A DNA stretch of 64,000 bases, from positions 372,001-436,000 of the forward strand of contig JAUCBJ010001846.1 in assembly GCA_032718475.1 (NCBI GenBank). The letters are read 5' to 3'. The position numbers and the translations under genes were made by a program. Origin of the DNA: Nemertoderma westbladi (lineage: Eukaryota; Animalia; Xenacoelomorpha). Shown in pieces: positions 60,155 to 64,000 of this stretch. A model generated the notes under the pieces. It was given only the letters and a program-made list of their open reading frames with translations. It was not told the origin of the DNA and searched no databases. The number at the start of each line of letters is the position of its first letter. The stretch's first letter is position 1.

Positions 60155-61850
60155 AGATCAGATAATCTTTTTAAAAGAACTTGAAAAACTTTCAAGCACC
60201 TTAAAACAACAAATTGAAGCCAAAGAATTTGGGCTTGATCCAAGTCCAACTAAGATCAGGAGCAGAAGAAAAAGAGTGCTCGGTGGGGATTTTAAATGGT
60301 TTGCTTATACCTATTTTCCTCACCATATCTGGAGCAAGCCGTCTGTATTTCAGACTGATTTTTGTAAACTGTTTCCTAAACTTCTTCTATCAAAAGAAGG
60401 CTCACGCGACTGGTGGGTCGCGCCCAGAGGTGAGAGCAAATCAACCCTGTTGACTAAAATAGGCTGTGTGTATGTGGCGGTTTTAGGACTACTGCAAAAC
60501 AAAAACATACGTGAAGCATTGGATTTACCCCAACCCCCCACCTTCATTGATTACTGCATTTTATTTGGGGCAGAGACCAAGTTCCCAACAAAGCTTCTAA
60601 CCGTTATAAAAACTGAGCTTACCTGTAACCCAGCACTTGCACTTGATTTCGGTGATGCGGTGGGGGCAACCGATACTTGGAAAGTCGCTGAGATCAAAAC
60701 AAAAACTGGCGTGAGCTTTGAACCTAGAGGCGCTGAACAGGCCGTGCGGGGTGCTTTTAGTGGTGCCTCTCGCCCCAAGCTTTTAATTGCAGATGATCTC
60801 ATCACCGATAGCGAGGCCAAAAGCCCAACTGAATGCACCAACCGTTGGGAGTGGCTGGAAAAATCGGTTGATTATTTAGGGCCGCCTGATGGCTCTGTGA
60901 AGTTTATGGCGGTAGGTACTACCCTTTCAAACCATGATCCGATTGCAAGAGCTCGTGCTTGCCTCGGTCATCAAGTACATATTTATCAAGCGATTATCAC
61001 AGAACCAGAGCGTGTGGATTTATGGGAAAGCTGTGAAAAACTGATGCGAGAAAAAGATACAAAAACCAAAAGTATTGATCCTAAAGACCTCCCATCCTAC
61101 AAGTTTTACTTAAAAAACAAACAAGCCATGGATTGCGGCTCAACTATCTCATGGCCACAAGTACGATCACTTTACTGGCTGATGCGTCAGCGCGCTAAAA
61201 ACAGAAACGCTTTTAACTGTGAAATGCAGGCATCGCCCAGAAGTGATGATGAAAAGGTATTCAAAAATATTCAATTTTGGATCAGAGAATCAACACGCTG
61301 GATATATTATGGCGCGGTTGATCCATCAGTGGGTAATAGCACAAAAGCTGACCCATCGAGCATCGTGATTGGCGGGTTTGATCCTGATAAGAACACGCTT
61401 AATATCGTGCACTGTGCCACCTATAGGCGCACCTTAAGCCAGCTTGAAACGGACATCATAACAGCTCACCAACACTATAACTGCCAGCTCTGGGGTTTTG
61501 AATCAAACGGCGCGTTTGATCATACACGCCTTGCCATTATGAAATCTGCACTTGATAAAAGTGTAGCACTGCCCATGCGAGGTATTGTTGCTTCAGCTCC
61601 CTTGGCTGTTCGGATTGAATCGCTTGAACCCCACATCGCTTGTATCGATCCTCAAATACGCTTTCAGCAAAACCTAACAAGTCTGCTTGATGAGCTGGAT
61701 AACTGGCCACAAAAACAACCCCATCACCATTATGATGGTTTATCAGCCCTTTGGGTACTATGGCAGATAACCAGTAAGCGAACAGGTGGCTTACCACAAA
61801 TTACCAACCTACCCACACCACTCTTTAATAACCGATTAAACACCTTTTAA
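60144..61850 (+). CDS. Terminase large subunit
   Basis: APRGESKST, RP.L...DD, GT.L..D, AVDPS.G...D.S.I, HYDG. Confidence 0.92.
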   Translation: MASKDQIIFLKELEKLSSTLKQQIEAKEFGLDPSPTKIRSRRKRVLGGDFKWFAYTYFPHHIWSKPSVFQTDFCKLFPKLLLSKEGSRDWWVAPRGESKSTLLTKIGCVYVAVLGLLQNKNIREALDLPQPPTFIDYCILFGAETKFPTKLLTVIKTELTCNPALALDFGDAVGATDTWKVAEIKTKTGVSFEPRGAEQAVRGAFSGASRPKLLIADDLITDSEAKSPTECTNRWEWLEKSVDYLGPPDGSVKFMAVGTTLSNHDPIARARACLGHQVHIYQAIITEPERVDLWESCEKLMREKDTKTKSIDPKDLPSYKFYLKNKQAMDCGSTISWPQVRSLYWLMRQRAKNRNAFNCEMQASPRSDDEKVFKNIQFWIRESTRWIYYGAVDPSVGNSTKADPSSIVIGGFDPDKNTLNIVHCATYRRTLSQLETDIITAHQHYNCQLWGFESNGAFDHTRLAIMKSALDKSVALPMRGIVASAPLAVRIESLEPHIACIDPQIRFQQNLTSLLDELDNWPQKQPHHHYDGLSALWVLWQITSKRTGGLPQITNLPTPLFNNRLNTF

Positions 61851-61853
61851 TTC

Positions 61854-63248
61854 ATGAATAAAACCCAATTAAACCAAGTATCTAAAAGAATACTTCTAGG
61901 CGATGAAATTGCATCCTCTAAAACCGATCCTGACTTTTACGCCGCCCTTGAGGTATTACCCAACCCCGATCAAATCCTTAGAAAACTAGGTAAAACCCAA
62001 GAAACTTATATGGCCATCGCCCAAGATGCCCATGTGCAAGGCGAGATTCGATCCGCACGTGCAGGGTTGTTTAAATATGAATATCAACTCACCGCTTCGG
62101 GTGATTCAAAAGCAGATCAACAAGCATTAATGCTTTGTCAGGAAATACTAAACCTGTCACCCAACCTTAATATGCGCTGGGATGATATTTTATGGCAGAT
62201 GGCACAGGCGCAGTATTTTGGGTTTAGCGTGCATGAGGTGGTGTGGCAGCGGCAAGGGGAGTACATTTTGCCAAAAGCTATCATTGATCGAGCAAACCAC
62301 CGCTTTAGCTTTTCAACCGATGGGAAGTTGCTTATTAAAACAAAAGGTTACCCAAAACCACAAGCTGTTCCTGACTACCGATTCCTCATCACCCGACACC
62401 AACCCGCCAGCCAAAACCCTTATGGCATCGCTCTGTTTTCAAGCTGTTTTTGGCCATACACCTTCAAACACGCAGGCTTTAGAAGTTACACCAAATTCAT
62501 TAATAAATACGGCCTTCCTTGGGCAATTGGTAAATACCCCGAAGGCACAAACGAGAAGGATAGAGATGCTTTGGTTCAAGCATTGGCTCAAATGGTTGAA
62601 GATGCGGTTGGGGCAATTCCTGATGGAAACTCAGTTGATTTAATTGAGACTAAATCAACCCAAGCCCCACAACATGACTTCATCAGCCTTTGTAATAAAG
62701 AAATGAGCAAAGCCTTAACGAGTCAAACCATGGCCACCGAACAAGAGAAAAACGGATCACGCGCAGCAGGCGAAGTAGCACGCGAGCGAGAACAATCCAT
62801 TGATACCGCCACACGTTCAATGGTGGCATCAAGTATGAACCAGTTGATGAACTGGATTACAACCATTAATGTGCAAGGTGCCACACCCCCTAAATTTTCT
62901 TTTTATGAACAGGATCAACCTAACTTAGCCTGGGTTGAAGCACTGGAAACGGCAAATAAATTCATGCCAGTCTCAAAACAATTTGCACAAGCAAAAACAG
63001 GGATACAACTGGCACAAAATCAAAGGGATGAACTAAAAACAGATGAATCAGAATTCGCACGCCAGCCTCATGCATTTCATGATGCACAACAAGAGCAGAT
63101 GAATGCGATCTACCAACAACTCTCCAAAGCTGGGAGCTTGCAAGCATTCAGAGCAAGCCTGAATCAATTCTCAGACACAAAAAACACAGAACAAGCTCTA
63201 ACCCTTTCAATGCTTGATTCCATGATCAAAGGGCAAACAGATGAGTGA
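61854..63248 (+). CDS. Portal protein (Mu gp29/DUF935)
   Basis: LPNPD.ILRK.G, D.HV, G.SV.E..W, NPYG.A, KYG.PW..GKY, GSRAA.EV. Confidence 0.93.
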   Translation: MNKTQLNQVSKRILLGDEIASSKTDPDFYAALEVLPNPDQILRKLGKTQETYMAIAQDAHVQGEIRSARAGLFKYEYQLTASGDSKADQQALMLCQEILNLSPNLNMRWDDILWQMAQAQYFGFSVHEVVWQRQGEYILPKAIIDRANHRFSFSTDGKLLIKTKGYPKPQAVPDYRFLITRHQPASQNPYGIALFSSCFWPYTFKHAGFRSYTKFINKYGLPWAIGKYPEGTNEKDRDALVQALAQMVEDAVGAIPDGNSVDLIETKSTQAPQHDFISLCNKEMSKALTSQTMATEQEKNGSRAAGEVAREREQSIDTATRSMVASSMNQLMNWITTINVQGATPPKFSFYEQDQPNLAWVEALETANKFMPVSKQFAQAKTGIQLAQNQRDELKTDESEFARQPHAFHDAQQEQMNAIYQQLSKAGSLQAFRASLNQFSDTKNTEQALTLSMLDSMIKGQTDE

Positions 63249-64000
63249 TGTGATCTATGGGGGTTTGCCTTATCTTGAGGCCATTAAGCATTTAAGAGCT
63301 AAGACTAACCTTAAAACCCAACACTGGGATGACCTACTTTTTAAAGCCCACACCCACGGCTTCACCATCGCAGGGGTGATGACCCATGACTTATTAAATG
63401 ATCTACGTGAGGCAGTGGACAGCTCAATTGCAAACGGCACAACCATCACTGAATTTCGAAAAAGTTTTGATCAAACCGTTAAAAAAATGGGATGGAACTT
63501 TAAAGGCAAACGCGGCTGGCGTACGCGTGTTATTTTTGACACCAACATGCGAACAGCCCATATGGCAGGCAAATGGCAGCAGATTCAAGGTACTAAAAAA
63601 GAACGACCCTACCTGAAATATTTAGCAGTTGGGGATGAACGAACAAGACAACAACATAGTGATTGGCATGGCATAGTGCTTTCCATTGACGACCCGTTTT
63701 GGAAAACCCACACCCCACCCAATGGCTGGGGTTGCAGGTGTACGGTTCGAACCTTAACAAAATCCCAAGCCAAAAAGGAACCAAGGTACAAGAAAAAACC
63801 AGCTATTAAAACCACCCAACGCATCAACACCCGCACAGGTGAGGTTTACGGACAAGTACCCGTGGGCATTGATGTGGGGTGGGATCACAATGTGGGTGTT
63901 GGTTTTGGAAGTATCAAAGCATTAAATGAAACCCTTCAACGTATTCAGCCCAGTATTGCCGAACAACTAAGAAAGAACATGAAATACCCCATTAAAAATG
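63241..64000 (+). CDS. Mu gpF/gp30-like minor head protein (runs off the window)
   Basis: ATG 63241: LP..EAI..LR.K, W.D, FTIAG, WRTRVIF.TN, RPYL.Y..VGD.RTR..H..WHG, PPNGWGCRC. Confidence 0.9.
   Translation, partial: MSDVIYGGLPYLEAIKHLRAKTNLKTQHWDDLLFKAHTHGFTIAGVMTHDLLNDLREAVDSSIANGTTITEFRKSFDQTVKKMGWNFKGKRGWRTRVIFDTNMRTAHMAGKWQQIQGTKKERPYLKYLAVGDERTRQQHSDWHGIVLSIDDPFWKTHTPPNGWGCRCTVRTLTKSQAKKEPRYKKKPAIKTTQRINTRTGEVYGQVPVGIDVGWDHNVGVGFGSIKALNETLQRIQPSIAEQLRKNMKYPIKN

Larger units (their letters stand above)
34656..64000 (+). mobile_element. Mu-like transposable prophage with P2-type contractile tail; continues beyond the window
   Basis: MuA/MuB, Gam, GemA, Mor, Mu-type head/portal/terminase genes and P2-like tail genes; left boundary inferred. 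Confidence 0.93.

Noticed and set aside
34999-64000. Prophage-wide TAG-to-Gln recoding
   Set aside because: TAG terminates the tail tube, Ner and capsid genes at expected lengths, and only one internal TAG was found.

Overview
AT-rich, tightly packed gammaproteobacterial chromosome segment. 1-31 kb is mostly housekeeping genes (rplQ-murJ-ribF-ileS-lspA, asd, engB, trhO-dapC-dapD, proA-nadD-rsfS-rlmH-trpD-trpC, tRNA-Phe, folM, uppP, pyrE, metH). Accessory genes are slotted between them: a CdtA/CdtC-like beta-trefoil pair without CdtB, TIR and HEPN effector genes that share an N-terminal motif, a split subtilase, and a frameshifted two-partner secretion locus. From about 34.65 kb to the window end lies a Mu-like transposable prophage with a P2-type contractile tail. 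Its modules are in an unusual order: distal tail, then early genes, then head/baseplate, then lysis/packaging. The top finding is an antisense prophage moron at 51.5-51.9 kb with two overlapping genes. A 58-aa membrane protein ends in, and the next protein begins with, the same Q/N/G-rich motif QSITGNNNQQAGRD. This layout matches amyloid (BASS/RHIM-like) signalling pairs, and the second gene is apparently truncated. All protein calls come from motif recognition by eye; no database searches were run.
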